From contig JBCCHT010000034.1 of NCBI GenBank assembly GCA_039028615.1, forward strand, positions 1 to 64,000: a stretch of 64,000 nucleotides of DNA. Reading direction: 5' to 3'. Source of the stretch: Myxococcota bacterium. GTDB lineage: Bacteria > Myxococcota_A > Polyangia > Nannocystales > Nannocystaceae. Below are positions 26,295 through 39,105 of this stretch, in pieces (the first letter of the stretch is position 1; each line of letters begins with the position of its first letter). Under the pieces are notes generated by a model. That model did no database searches. It was not told the origin of the DNA and was given only the letters and a program-made list of their open reading frames with translations. The position numbers were made by a program, and so were the translations under genes.

Positions 26295-27089
26295 TCACAT
26301 GGACTTGAGGTGCGCGATCGTGAACATGCTGGTGGGCAAGTCCACGTCGAAGTCGATCTTGTCGTAGACGATGCGGGTGAACTCGCCCGAGCCGTCCATG
26401 GGCCGCACCACGATGCTGCGGGCGAGCTGGCGACCGCTGACCTCGGCGTAGTCCTTGAACTCGAGCGCGCGCACGGCCTCGCCGTCCTCGTCGTAGAAGA
26501 TCTCCCGCGTGGGCAGCAGGCCGTCTTGGCGCACGGTGACCTCGATCTTGCCCCACACCACCGCCGCGTCGGGCTTGGGCACCAGGGTGAACACGTACTG
26601 CGGCACGCCGTCGAGCGTGCCCTTGCCGGTCAGCGTGATCTCGTAGTCGTTGACCAGGCGCGAGGACTTCACCAGGTCGTTGTTGGTGAAGTGGCTGCCC
26701 ATCCACGCGCCGCCCATCATCGCGCCGCTGATCTTCACGGTGCGGCCGGTCTTGGCGAGGTAGGTGAACAGGTCCTCGCCGTTCTTGAGCGTCGCGGTAC
26801 CCTTTTCCTTCTTGGGCGCCAAGATTCGCACCAGCGAGTAGTCCTCGCCACGCGACCAGGTCTCCATGCTCAGGTTCCGGGTCCAGTGCTCGGTCTTGAC
26901 GGTCATCGACATGACGCCGTGGCTCGAGCGACCGCGATGCATGTCGTCGAGACGGTTCATGACCCAGGGCCCGAACTCGGGAGAACCGGGGGCCGGCGCC
27001 TCGGCAGCCCAGCTCGGCAGGGGCAAGGCCAAGACGGCGACGGCGGCCGCCGTGGCCCCGATGAAGCTTCGTCGTGTCACTCGAGTCAT
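26295..27089 (-). CDS. Outer-membrane lipoprotein-sorting (LolA-like) protein with a Tat signal
   Basis: TRRSFIG twin-arginine motif; LVRILAPKKEKGTATLK and WMGSHFTNNDL. Confidence 0.85.
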   Translation of the reverse strand: MTRVTRRSFIGATAAAVAVLALPLPSWAAEAPAPGSPEFGPWVMNRLDDMHRGRSSHGVMSMTVKTEHWTRNLSMETWSRGEDYSLVRILAPKKEKGTATLKNGEDLFTYLAKTGRTVKISGAMMGGAWMGSHFTNNDLVKSSRLVNDYEITLTGKGTLDGVPQYVFTLVPKPDAAVVWGKIEVTVRQDGLLPTREIFYDEDGEAVRALEFKDYAEVSGRQLARSIVVRPMDGSGEFTRIVYDKIDFDVDLPTSMFTIAHLKSM

Positions 27090-27760
27090 GGTTGGTTTCC
27101 TTTGCTGCCGCTGCCGCTACGCAGCCCGGCAATGATGGTGTCGACCAAGATCTCCGCGTAGCGCTCGAGGGACAGGCCCCCTCGGGCATGCGGCTCGTGC
27201 AGATGCACGGAGATGAAGGCCAGGCCGTGAATCATGGCGGCTCGATCGTCGAGCTCGCTCTGCGTCCAGCCGTGGGGGCGCGCCACCTCGTCGATGAGGC
27301 CGCCCAGAAACTCGTTGCGCTCGCGGGTGCTCTGGGCCCGAAGCTCGGGAGGCAGCTCCGCCATCAGCGTGGCCATCTCTTGATCGCCCCGCAGAAGCGC
27401 CGCGGTCAGGGGCATGCGCACGGGCATGACGACCATGCCGAGCAACACCGCGCGCAGCCGCTGCTCGGCGCTGCGCTCGGGGTCGAGCCACTCCAACATC
27501 TCGCCCATGTGCTCGCGCTTCTCGAGCGCGATGGCGGCCACGGCCAGATCGACCTTGGTCGCGTAGTAGGTGTAGACGGTGCCCTTGGCCACGCCGGCTT
27601 TGCGGGCGACCTCGTCCATGCTCGTCTTGCGGTAGCCCTGTTGCGAGAACAGCTCGGTCGCCACCCGGAGCACGTGGGCCCGTCGGCGCGCCCGAGCGCT
27701 GCCGTCATCGAGCACGCCCGTGAAGACGTTGAATCGCGCGAGCGCATCCTCTGGGGTCAT
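27086..27760 (-). CDS. TetR/AcrR family regulator
   Basis: ATELFSQQGYRKTSMDEVARKAGVAKGTVYTYYATK. Confidence 0.93.
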   Translation of the reverse strand: MTPEDALARFNVFTGVLDDGSARARRRAHVLRVATELFSQQGYRKTSMDEVARKAGVAKGTVYTYYATKVDLAVAAIALEKREHMGEMLEWLDPERSAEQRLRAVLLGMVVMPVRMPLTAALLRGDQEMATLMAELPPELRAQSTRERNEFLGGLIDEVARPHGWTQSELDDRAAMIHGLAFISVHLHEPHARGGLSLERYAEILVDTIIAGLRSGSGSKGNQP

Positions 27761-27768
27761 CGTCTTCA

Positions 27769-27890
27769 AAACTGAACTCTTCTTACGACTTCGGTCATTT
27801 TTTGCAAGCGATTCCCGGCATGAATCGGCCTAAACCATTGAAATAAAACGATTCCAAAAACTGACCCAAAATCGGCCGACAGGTCAGTTT
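27769..27890. promoter_or_regulatory. Two operator-like palindromes AAACTGAMC-N15-GGTCAKTTT (27769-27801 and 27858-27890)
   Basis: Same half-sites and identical 15-bp spacer, in an AT-rich divergent region upstream of tetR. Confidence 0.7.
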
Positions 27891-27934
27891 GCGGTCAGAA
27901 AGCGTCGACCCGTCAGTTGCCCTAGCCTCGGTCC

Positions 27935-28660
27935 ATGCGCTGGCTGGTCGGCGACGTGCAGGGCTGTGCCCGTGAGCTCGAGGATCTGCTGGAGCTCGTG
28001 CGCTTCGACCCGTCGCGCGACGAGCTGTGGTGCATCGGCGATCTGATCAACCGCGGCCCCGACTCGCTGGCCACGGTTCGGTTGTGGCAGTCCGTCGGCG
28101 GGCGGGGGGTCATCGGCAACCACGAGGTCTATGCCTTGTGCGCGCACTCGGGCCGATGGCCTCGCAAGAAGGACACGCTGCAAACGCTGTACGACGCCCC
28201 CGATGCCGACGGCCTGCTCGGTGCCCTGCGAGCGCTCCCCGTGTTGCGCTGGCTTCCCGCGCGGGGCGACGGCCCCGGCGTCTGGGTCGTGCACGGCGGC
28301 CTGAGTCCGCAGTGGACCGACCTGCCCGCCGTGGCCGCTCGCTTCGACCAAGGGCCCCACGACGACGACTGGCTGGAGTCCAAAGAACTCAGTTTCGCGA
28401 CCCGTGTGCGCTGTTGTAACGAGGCGGGCAAACGCCATCGCCACGATCGCGCGCCCGAGGACTGCCCGCCCGGCTATCACCCCTGGGACGCGCTGTATCG
28501 CGGCGAAGAGCTGGTCGTGCACGGGCACTGGGCCTGGCGCGGGCACTATCGCGGAGAGCGAACGATGGGGCTCGACTCCGCCTGCGTCTACGGCGGGCAC
28601 TTGACCGCGTGGTGCCAGGACGAGGACCGGATCGTTCAGGTCCCGAGCCGCAACGCTTGA
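27935..28660 (+). CDS. apaH: ApaH-like metallophosphoesterase (diadenosine tetraphosphatase family)
   Basis: GDVQGC, GDLINRGPDS, GNHE, VHGG, HGHWA and LDSACVYGGHLTA. Confidence 0.8.
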   Translation: MRWLVGDVQGCARELEDLLELVRFDPSRDELWCIGDLINRGPDSLATVRLWQSVGGRGVIGNHEVYALCAHSGRWPRKKDTLQTLYDAPDADGLLGALRALPVLRWLPARGDGPGVWVVHGGLSPQWTDLPAVAARFDQGPHDDDWLESKELSFATRVRCCNEAGKRHRHDRAPEDCPPGYHPWDALYRGEELVVHGHWAWRGHYRGERTMGLDSACVYGGHLTAWCQDEDRIVQVPSRNA

Positions 28661-28877
28661 TGATTCGCACCCGTGAGCCGACGTGTCGTCGACTCACCCT
28701 ACTTTGCACGAAAACACGGACCGGCCCGATACGTTTGCCCCAGCCGAGTCCTTCCATATCTATTGTTTCGAGCAGTTATCCGCGAAACCGGAAGCGGGGC
28801 CGGTCCTCCTTGGAGGTAGGGCTCGCGGTGTCGCCCCTTGTGATGCCATCGCGGTTCGCCGTATCAGTTGCGGCTCA

Positions 28878-29516
28878 ATGAAGAGCCTCCACTTCGTCAC
28901 TTCCTTTGCCTTGTTCTGCTCTGTCGCCGCTCCCGGCTGCGTCGTCATCCAAGACGACGACGACGGCAGCAACACCAGCAGCAACGACGACGGCGCGACC
29001 AGCAATGGTGGCGGAGACAACGGCGGTGGTGACAACGGTGGCGGAGACAATGGTGGCGGAGACAATGGCGGTGGCGACGGTGGGTCCTGCGAGATGGACG
29101 ATCCGGGCGGCGAGTCCTGCGATGCCGGAGCCGACTGCTCCATCGTCTGTCAGTGCAGCGACGGCAACGTGACCGTGGGCTCCTGCGTCAACAACGTCTG
29201 CGAGTCGGCGAACGACGCCTGCAACAGCGTGTGCGACAGCTGGGACGGCTTCTGCCGCGAGGGCAGCGGGGGCGGTGATGACAGCGGTGCCGACGGAGAC
29301 AGCGGTGGCGGAGGCGGCGTGTGCTCGGATCCGGGCGAGGTCTGCGAGGTCAACGGCGACTGCTGTGGCTTCGACGACGGCACCTCCGGCTGCATCAACC
29401 TCGGCGACGCCTCGCTGTGCGCCGACCTGTGCGACTTCGACTCCGATTGTGCGAGCGACTGCTGCATTCCGCTCGAGGGCGGCGCCGGGGCGTGTGCGCC
29501 CTCCGAGCTCTGCTAA
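28878..29516 (+). CDS. Cys-rich lipoprotein with GGGDN repeats
   Basis: Lipobox APGC, (GGGDN)x4 and many Cys. Confidence 0.8.
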   Translation: MKSLHFVTSFALFCSVAAPGCVVIQDDDDGSNTSSNDDGATSNGGGDNGGGDNGGGDNGGGDNGGGDGGSCEMDDPGGESCDAGADCSIVCQCSDGNVTVGSCVNNVCESANDACNSVCDSWDGFCREGSGGGDDSGADGDSGGGGGVCSDPGEVCEVNGDCCGFDDGTSGCINLGDASLCADLCDFDSDCASDCCIPLEGGAGACAPSELC

Positions 29517-29541
29517 ACGCACGAGCCTTCGGGTGCACGAG

Positions 29542-29574
29542 CGTGGGGCGAACCCGTCGGGTGTTCGCCCCACG
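29542..29574. terminator. 12-bp stem hairpin (terminator or REP-like)
   Basis: CGTGGGGCGAAC-N9-GTTCGCCCCACG. Confidence 0.5.
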
Positions 29575-29636
29575 AGCGCATCCGCGACCCGAGACCTTCG
29601 GGCACGCGACCTCGTTTCGCGCCATACTGATGGCGA

Positions 29637-30590
29637 GTGGGGTCCTGGGAATCAGTCCTGACCGCCGGGCTCGCGTTGGCGGTCGTCGTCGCGTGGAACC
29701 GGCGAGTCCTCGCACCGCGGCCGACGGTGGCTCGCCTGCTGCCCCCGCTCGCGCTCGCCTTGCTCGGCCCCTTTTTGATCCCCGTCGATTGGATCTACAC
29801 GCGGGCGCTGGGCACCGTGCAGTTCGTGGTGGTCGCGGGCAAGACCTACGAGCTTTACCGTCGCCGCGTGCCCGACCCCCGCATGCTCGAGCACTGGGGT
29901 TCGTTCCTGTTCTGGCAGCTCGTCCCGCTCAAGTCCAAGAGCCCGCAGCTGCCGTCCGATGCCGAACGCGCTCGAGCGGCCGGTCGCGGTCGCTTGATCC
30001 GAGCCGCGCTCAAGCTGCCCCCCGTGGCCGTCCTGACCCTGCTGCACCTGCACTGGCCGGGGCTGCACGATGACCACTGGCTCGAGTCGTTTTGGGCGCT
30101 GTGGCTGACCTACTTCGCGGTCAGTGCCCTGGTCGACATCGTGGGTGGGCTGGCGATGCAAAGCGGCAACGCGCTGGCCGAAGGCTTCGACGCCCCGCCC
30201 CTGGCTCGCTCGCCCCGAGACTTCTGGAGCCGCCGCTGGAACCTGGTCGTCCACGACCTCATCTTCCGCCACGTGTTCCTGCCCCTCGGGGGGCTACGTA
30301 AGCCACTCCGAGCCACCATCGGCATCTTCGCCCTCTCCGGGTTCATCCACGAGTACTTCGTGTTCGCCACCCTCGGGCGCCCGTCCAGCTACACCGGCTT
30401 CATGATGCTGTTCTTTGGCATCCACGGTGTCGCCGTGATGGCGCAGCTGGCCTGGGACCGCGGACCGGGCCGTCGCAAGTCGATGTCGCGTCCGCTGGCG
30501 GTGGGGCTGCACCTGGCGTGGTTCACCCTCACCGCTCCGCTGTTCTTCGCCCCGATGGGCGAGATCTTCGCCAACGCCTGGCCGAACTGA
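29637..30590 (+). CDS. MBOAT / wax-synthase family membrane O-acyltransferase
   Basis: FDAPPLARSPRDFWSRRWN and FALSGFIHEY. Confidence 0.88.
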   Translation: MGSWESVLTAGLALAVVVAWNRRVLAPRPTVARLLPPLALALLGPFLIPVDWIYTRALGTVQFVVVAGKTYELYRRRVPDPRMLEHWGSFLFWQLVPLKSKSPQLPSDAERARAAGRGRLIRAALKLPPVAVLTLLHLHWPGLHDDHWLESFWALWLTYFAVSALVDIVGGLAMQSGNALAEGFDAPPLARSPRDFWSRRWNLVVHDLIFRHVFLPLGGLRKPLRATIGIFALSGFIHEYFVFATLGRPSSYTGFMMLFFGIHGVAVMAQLAWDRGPGRRKSMSRPLAVGLHLAWFTLTAPLFFAPMGEIFANAWPN

Positions 30591-30591
30591 C

Positions 30592-32091
30592 CTACTCGCG
30601 CTCGGCGAGCAGGTAGGCCATGAGGGCCATCACCGCGGCGTTGCGCTGGAGGTGATCGGGGTCGATCTTGTCCACCGTGTCGGCCGGGCTGTGGTGCAGG
30701 TCGAAGTAGTGCTCGAGGTCCGGGCGAATCGACATGCTGAGCACGCCGTTGTCCGTCAGCGGGCTGATGTCGGCCCCGCCCCAGCCCTTGCTGATCTCGA
30801 TGTCGCCCAGCCCAGCAAACAGCGGCGCCCACCCGGCCAGCTCCCGCTGCACCGCCTCGTCGTCGCCCGCGATGCCCAGGCCCTTGGGCGCCCCGGAGCC
30901 GGTATCCGACTCGATCGCGCCCACGTGCGTCTCTTGGCCGTGGGCCTCGAAGTAGGCCTTGCCTCCGCGCAGCCCGTTCTCCTCGTTGGTGAACAGCACC
31001 ACGCGAATGGTGCGGCGCGGCGTGAGGCCCAGCTCGACGAGCATGCGGGCGGCCTCCATCGCCATGAGGCACCCCGAGCCGTCGTCGGTGCTGCCGTCGC
31101 CCACGTCCCACGAGTCGATGTGGCCGCCGATGACCACGACTTCTTCGGGCTTCTCGCGTCCTCGGATCTCGGCCACCGCGTTGGCGCTCGGGGCATCCGG
31201 TAGGAGCTTGGCGCCCATCTTGAGCTCGAGCTTCACCGGACCGCGGGCGGCCTGCCGCACCAAGTACTCCGCCCCCTCGATGGTCACCGCGGCGGCGGGG
31301 ATCTTCTTGACCCCGTCTTGGTAGCGCAGCGCGCCCGTGTGGGGGTTGTCGAGGCTGACCGCGGTCACCGAGCGCACGAGCACCGCCTTGGCGCCCTTCT
31401 TGGCCGCTTCGGAGGCGCCGTTGGTCCGAGCGGGCACCGCTTGCCCGTAGCCCGGGTTGTTGTGCTCGTGATCGAAGGGCGGCATCGCCTGGTTGATGAG
31501 CACGATCTTGCCCTTGAGGTCCTCGGTGGTCTTTTTGAGCGCATCGAGGTCGTCCATCACCACCAGCGGTGCACGCAGCGTGCCGCGAGTGCCGACGCTC
31601 ATGCCGAGCCCGAGCATGGTCAGCGAGCGTCCGTCGTCCCCGAGCACGCGCAGGCTTTCCTTGCCGCGGACCCAGTGCGGCACCATGACCTTCTCGCGGC
31701 GAGCGTTGCTGAGCCCGTCCTTGGCCATCGTCTCGACGGCCCAGTTGATGGTATCCTCGAGGGCCTGGCTGCCGCTGAGGCGGTGTCCGAAGCGATCGGA
31801 GACATAGGCCAGGCGATCCCACGCCACCGTCTTGCCCTTGGCGTGCGCGGTGATCTTCTGCGCGGCCTCTTGCATCCAGGGTGCGAGCACGACCTCGGGC
31901 TCGTCGTCGTCGAAGTCGTCGTCGCCACCGAAGTCGTCGTCGAACTCTTCGCCCAGCACTTCACCGCCGACCTGGAGCGAGGCCGGAGGCGCGGGCGGGA
32001 TCGAAGGCGGAGTCTCGGCATGGCCTCCGCACGCGAGCAGCAACGAAACCGAGAGCCAACAAAACGACGAGCGCTTCACGGTACGAGCCAT
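30592..32091 (-). CDS. M28 family metallopeptidase (carboxypeptidase Q-like) lipoprotein
   Basis: Lipobox LLAC; FGHRLSGS, GGHIDSWDVG..DDGSG, EENGLRG and HHSPADT. Confidence 0.9.
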   Translation of the reverse strand: MARTVKRSSFCWLSVSLLLACGGHAETPPSIPPAPPASLQVGGEVLGEEFDDDFGGDDDFDDDEPEVVLAPWMQEAAQKITAHAKGKTVAWDRLAYVSDRFGHRLSGSQALEDTINWAVETMAKDGLSNARREKVMVPHWVRGKESLRVLGDDGRSLTMLGLGMSVGTRGTLRAPLVVMDDLDALKKTTEDLKGKIVLINQAMPPFDHEHNNPGYGQAVPARTNGASEAAKKGAKAVLVRSVTAVSLDNPHTGALRYQDGVKKIPAAAVTIEGAEYLVRQAARGPVKLELKMGAKLLPDAPSANAVAEIRGREKPEEVVVIGGHIDSWDVGDGSTDDGSGCLMAMEAARMLVELGLTPRRTIRVVLFTNEENGLRGGKAYFEAHGQETHVGAIESDTGSGAPKGLGIAGDDEAVQRELAGWAPLFAGLGDIEISKGWGGADISPLTDNGVLSMSIRPDLEHYFDLHHSPADTVDKIDPDHLQRNAAVMALMAYLLAERE

Positions 32092-32285
32092 ACCCGAGGC
32101 CTCGACCCCCTGGCAACGTCGGTCCGAAGGTCGAGCGTCCCGCTTCAACACCAAACAATTCCGGCACCTTGCGGGTGTTTGTGGCCTACTGTAAGCCCCC
32201 CGCTGCGGCCAGCGTTCCGGCGGCGAGGGCCGGCACCCCAACCATGGTGCCCCCATCGAACCCGTACCCGAAGGCAACCCCACCC

Positions 32286-33143
32286 ATGAACGTACGTGCC
32301 GCGCTGATGCTCTCCCTCCTCGTCGGAGCGATGGGCTGCGCCAAGAAAGCCGCGGGGACCTATTCCCCGGACTTCTACGACTACGAAGAGCTCGCCGATG
32401 GTGACTACGCCGAAGCAGCCGTCGAGCTCGATACCGCATCGACTCGACGCCAGCGCGGCCGGATCTTCACCCGCTCCGATGCGTCGGCGCCCCCGATGAG
32501 CCCGGAGGCCGAGCCCGAGCCCACCGCGATCGAGGGGGCCGGAGGCGAGCCGTCGGCCAGCCCGGGCGACTCCGCCGAAAAGGCGGTCGCCGACGACACG
32601 GGTCAGGACACCGCGCGTCACATCATCTACACCGCCACGATGCAGGTCTCGGTCTTCAACCTCGGCGACGCGATGGAGCGCGCCGAGACGCTGCCGAAGA
32701 AGTACGGCGGCTACGTGCAGACCATGTCCAACGACTACTTCGTGATGCGGATCCCGTCGGCCAAGCTCGACCAGGCGATGGACGATCTGGCGACCCTGGG
32801 CATCGTGGACAGCCGCACGCTCGAGGCCCAGGACGTCACCGAGGAGTTCCTCGACATCGAGACCCGCATCGAGGTGCTCGAGAGCACGCAAAAGCAGATG
32901 CTCGAGCTGCTCACCAAGGCCCGCACCGTGAAGGAAGCGCTCGAGGTCCGCGAGGCCCTCGACCGGATCACCATGGAGCTCGAGGTCCTCAAGGGTCGGC
33001 TGCGTCGGCTCGAGAACCTCACCGCCTACTCCACGCTCACGCTGTCGCTCCAGGAGCGAGGGCCCCACACCACTGCCCCGTCGAGCAACGACCCCTTCCG
33101 CTGGGTCGACTCCCTGGGCGTCGAAGCCACCGAGTGGAAGTGA
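32286..33143 (+). CDS. DUF4349 domain lipoprotein
   Basis: Lipobox MGC; IIYTATM, RIPS, QDVTEEFLD and YSTLTLSL. Confidence 0.85.
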   Translation: MNVRAALMLSLLVGAMGCAKKAAGTYSPDFYDYEELADGDYAEAAVELDTASTRRQRGRIFTRSDASAPPMSPEAEPEPTAIEGAGGEPSASPGDSAEKAVADDTGQDTARHIIYTATMQVSVFNLGDAMERAETLPKKYGGYVQTMSNDYFVMRIPSAKLDQAMDDLATLGIVDSRTLEAQDVTEEFLDIETRIEVLESTQKQMLELLTKARTVKEALEVREALDRITMELEVLKGRLRRLENLTAYSTLTLSLQERGPHTTAPSSNDPFRWVDSLGVEATEWK

Positions 33144-33157
33144 AAGGAGCCACGACC

Positions 33158-33745
33158 ATGCGACTCTTCTCGCTGCGAACCTTCATCCCCTCCGTCCTGG
33201 CTGTCGGGCTCATGGCCTGCAACGCCTATCGCCTCGAGCCCCCCGCGGGCTTCGCCGAGGTCGAGCAGGGCTACGACGGCGCCCACATGAAAGCCAACAA
33301 CGACGTCGGCCTCCGCGTGCACGTGCGGCACAACGTCCGCGGCGGCACCCTGGCCTTCTGGAGCCTCGACCTGGTCGAGAAGCTCGGCGAGCGCGGCTAC
33401 ACCCTGGTCAACCAGGCCCCGCTGCGATCCAAGAACCGGGTCGCGGGCACCCGCTTCGACTTCGAGTACACCCCCGTCGGCGAGGGTGAGGCCCCGCGCT
33501 TTTACACCGTGTCGCTGTTCGTCACCGATGAACACCGTGTGGTGATGGGCATGGCCGGCAAGCAGGAGTACGCGGCCGAGTACCTGGCCCGGGTCGACGA
33601 GATCGTCGGCGACCTCAAGGTCAGCGGGTGCAAGCCCTTCAGCAAGATCTGCAAGGGACCGCAGCCCGCTCGGCTGAGCACCGCGTCTCAGCAGAGCGCC
33701 AAGGCCGAGCCGGCCGAGGCCAAAGCCGAGCCCGCCGCCGGCTGA
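33158..33745 (+). CDS. Lipoprotein, hypothetical
   Basis: RBS aaggag and lipobox LMAC. Confidence 0.75.
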   Translation: MRLFSLRTFIPSVLAVGLMACNAYRLEPPAGFAEVEQGYDGAHMKANNDVGLRVHVRHNVRGGTLAFWSLDLVEKLGERGYTLVNQAPLRSKNRVAGTRFDFEYTPVGEGEAPRFYTVSLFVTDEHRVVMGMAGKQEYAAEYLARVDEIVGDLKVSGCKPFSKICKGPQPARLSTASQQSAKAEPAEAKAEPAAG

Positions 33746-33767
33746 GCGCCACCGCCCAACGAACACG

Positions 33768-33807
33768 AGGTCGGCACCGGTCCCTGGGGACCCGTGCCGA
33801 CCTTTTT
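33768..33807 (+). terminator. Intrinsic terminator between convergent genes
   Basis: AGGTCGGCAC...GTGCCGACCT stem followed by a T run. Confidence 0.75.
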
Positions 33808-33812
33808 CGTGG

Positions 33813-36437
<2,625 letters not shown>

Positions 36438-36662
36438 GGTGAGGCTCCTTTCACGGGGTCGCTGCCCGGTCGGGCCCGGCTGCGCACCAACGAGTGGAGT
36501 ACGCGCGCAGGCTCGACGACGGGGGTCGGCGACCGGTTCAGGGGGTGGGTAACAGGGCTCGTCTTCGAGCCGTCCCGCACTATGGGCACGTTTGGTCTGG
36601 CCGCAACCCCCCGCCCGCGGGAGGGGCGTGCGCGTCACCACGAACGCCGCGCAGGCGCCGTC

Positions 36663-37253
36663 TCAGGGGGTGCAGGTGGTCGCGGGGTCCGGCGCCGCGC
36701 CCAGCTCGTCGATGGGCCGCATCACCACGGGCAGCCCCTGCAGATCCGTGCCGCCCGGGAAATCGATGTCCAGGGTCCCGCACAACAGCTCGTCTTCGTA
36801 CAGCGCCAGGTCGAACACGAGGTCGACGGTCACCGCCTCGGCCCCGAAGGGATGCGCCCCGGCAACGAACTCGAAGCCCTCGTAGGGCACGGTGAAGGCG
36901 TTTTGGATGACGAGCGCATTCGAAAACCCCTCGACGCCGACGGGGAACCAGTCGCTGCTGAGCTCCGTGCTGCGCAGCCACGCCTGGAAGGTGTCGCCTT
37001 TGCGTTGAGCGAGCATCCACAGGTACAGCGGCCCCGACCCGGTCTGGACGATGGCCAGCATCTCGTCGTCGAGCGTCCCGTCGCCGATGTCCGGCACGGG
37101 ATCGAAGTCCGGGCCCGGATCTTCCGAAGGCACGCTCTCCGTCGCCGCGTCATCTCCCGTCTCGATGGCCCGACCGTCGTGACAACCGACGTTCAGTGCG
37201 ACAGAGAGCAGGACAGCAGAAGGGCCGAGGAGACGTCGTTGACGGGTGTGCAT
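36663..37253 (-). CDS. Lipoprotein, hypothetical
   Basis: Signal peptide with lipobox NVGC; acidic mature part. Confidence 0.65.
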   Translation of the reverse strand: MHTRQRRLLGPSAVLLSVALNVGCHDGRAIETGDDAATESVPSEDPGPDFDPVPDIGDGTLDDEMLAIVQTGSGPLYLWMLAQRKGDTFQAWLRSTELSSDWFPVGVEGFSNALVIQNAFTVPYEGFEFVAGAHPFGAEAVTVDLVFDLALYEDELLCGTLDIDFPGGTDLQGLPVVMRPIDELGAAPDPATTCTP

Positions 37254-37317
37254 GACGGGGGCTTCGCGATTGGCTCCCGGTCAACGGGCGGCTCCTCCGC
37301 CGCCTTACACCACGCGC

Positions 37318-38130
37318 TCAGCGGGATGGTTTGGGTCCATCGAAGACCGCGACCAACTGCTCCCCCACGGCCGCCAAACGGCCATCGGGTGCCCGCAGCG
37401 AGGCTCGCATGGCCGCGTAGCCGTGCGCGGCCATCGTGGTCTCGGAGTCGTATCGCCACCAGCCCTCGGGATCGAAGGACTCGGGCACCGACAAGAACGT
37501 GGTCGTCCACGACACCGAGCTCGAGGGCGCAGGCGCCCGCAGCAGGGGCAAGACCGGCGCGGGCCAGGTATCGAGCAAGCCCAGCACCGCTTCGTAGGAC
37601 GAGCCGGGATCGGTGCGATGCCGACACCAGCCGCTGATCCGCGGGTCCTTGCCTCCGCTGAATGGCATGCCGCCATCCGCCCAGCGCATGGCGACGTGCT
37701 GCGTGAACGCGGGGGTCAGCCCCTCGACGTAGGGCATGTCGACCAGCGTCTCCGGCTCCGGCACGGGTCCGGGCTCGGTCGCGGGCACCTGCAACGACGA
37801 CGGGCGATCGTCGGCGAAGGTCGCAGTGACCTGCGCGCGCATCTGCTCGCCCTGCCAGATCTCGGCGCGGCCGTGGGTCAGGTAGCGACCGCTCCGCAGG
37901 ACCTGCGGGCGAAGCTCGGCGGGGCCGGGTCCGACGGGGCCGATGAAGCTGGCGTGCACCGTCCGCGGCACCCGGGGCTGCTCGAGCACGGCCCGCAGCC
38001 CTCGTAGACCGATCGCCGCCACCACGCCGCCGTACGAGGTCCGCCCCTGCATCCACGACGTCGGCACCTCCCCCCGTCCAACGCCGCGGTCGTCGATGGG
38101 CCAGGTGGTGACTTCGGCAAAGCTCGACAT
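37318..38130 (-). CDS. Acyl-CoA thioesterase (TesB-like double hotdog)
   Basis: WMQGRTSYGG, VLRSGR and LLDTWP. Confidence 0.85.
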   Translation of the reverse strand: MSSFAEVTTWPIDDRGVGRGEVPTSWMQGRTSYGGVVAAIGLRGLRAVLEQPRVPRTVHASFIGPVGPGPAELRPQVLRSGRYLTHGRAEIWQGEQMRAQVTATFADDRPSSLQVPATEPGPVPEPETLVDMPYVEGLTPAFTQHVAMRWADGGMPFSGGKDPRISGWCRHRTDPGSSYEAVLGLLDTWPAPVLPLLRAPAPSSSVSWTTTFLSVPESFDPEGWWRYDSETTMAAHGYAAMRASLRAPDGRLAAVGEQLVAVFDGPKPSR

Positions 38131-38232
38131 CGGCTGCGGGTTAGCACCGCCCCCGTCGGGCTCGCAAGCGCGACCGACCGCCACTGCGACGAGTGGAGAC
38201 GGGCGGTAACTCGGTCGCCCTCCGTGACGGTC

Positions 38233-38754
38233 TCAGGGGGTCCAGGTGACGATGATGCCGACGCGCGCCGGAGACAGGCGGGTGATGGTCAGCTCGTCGA
38301 TCCGGGTGTCGAAGATCTCGAAGAAGCCCCGCAGGTAGCCCTCGCTGATGGCCACGGGCTGCTGCGCCCCATAGGTCATTTCCACTCGTCCCGAGCGGTA
38401 CGACACCGTGCCCACGCGATGGTCTTCGGGGACCCCGCGGACGTTGGCGTCGAACATGGAGGCATAGGCGGACATCACCTTCTGGAGGCTGGTGAAGCCC
38501 TGCAGCATGAACATCGAGCGTGAGTTGGTGATGACCCGCCGGCCCGCCCGTTTCATCACCGAGTCGTCGAGCTGCGACGACAGCATCTCCAGCGCCTCCA
38601 GGTAGGCCCGCCACGGGTACCAGCCCTCGTCGTGCATGGTCTCGACCTGCTCGACCAGCCGGGGAAAGAGGGTCTTGGCCAGCAGCATCGAGCCCATGAC
38701 GGACTTGAAGAACACCCCGCGCAGCTCGCCGGGCACACCATCGAAACTACCCAT
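38233..38754 (-). CDS. Small H-NOX/V4R-like ligand-binding hypothetical protein
   Basis: EGWYP...EGYLRGF...IIVTW pattern. Confidence 0.5.
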   Translation of the reverse strand: MGSFDGVPGELRGVFFKSVMGSMLLAKTLFPRLVEQVETMHDEGWYPWRAYLEALEMLSSQLDDSVMKRAGRRVITNSRSMFMLQGFTSLQKVMSAYASMFDANVRGVPEDHRVGTVSYRSGRVEMTYGAQQPVAISEGYLRGFFEIFDTRIDELTITRLSPARVGIIVTWTP

Positions 38755-39105
38755 CGAAGGAATGTAGCAACCGGCCCTGCAACACCGCGCCGAGGCACGC
38801 ACGGGTCGCTGGCCCGCGCCGGGACTCGATGGCACGAAAGGAGAGCCGCCGCCTCGACGGTTGCGGACCAAGTCGAGCGCAGTCGCATTGAAGCGAGCGA
38901 CACCGCGGCCCGATGCTGGCCGAACGCCACGCGGCTTCATCCGAGTTGACCTGCCGCGGACCAATTTGCAGTGCCACGCTAGGCGGCCGCCCAGGGGTGT
39001 CGGGCATGCCCTCGACGGGCACGGGGCCGGGTGCGCAATCGAAGACGCCGCCGCCCGCAGGACTGCGGCGCGACGGCGTCGACACTCGAACCACCCGGGC
39101 GACGC

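Noticed and set aside
36490..36575. Heat-shock regulatory site (CIRCE, HAIR or sigma-32) upstream of clpB
   Set aside because: Only weak partial matches (CTCGAA-N14-CCCACC); the spacing does not fit CIRCE or HAIR.
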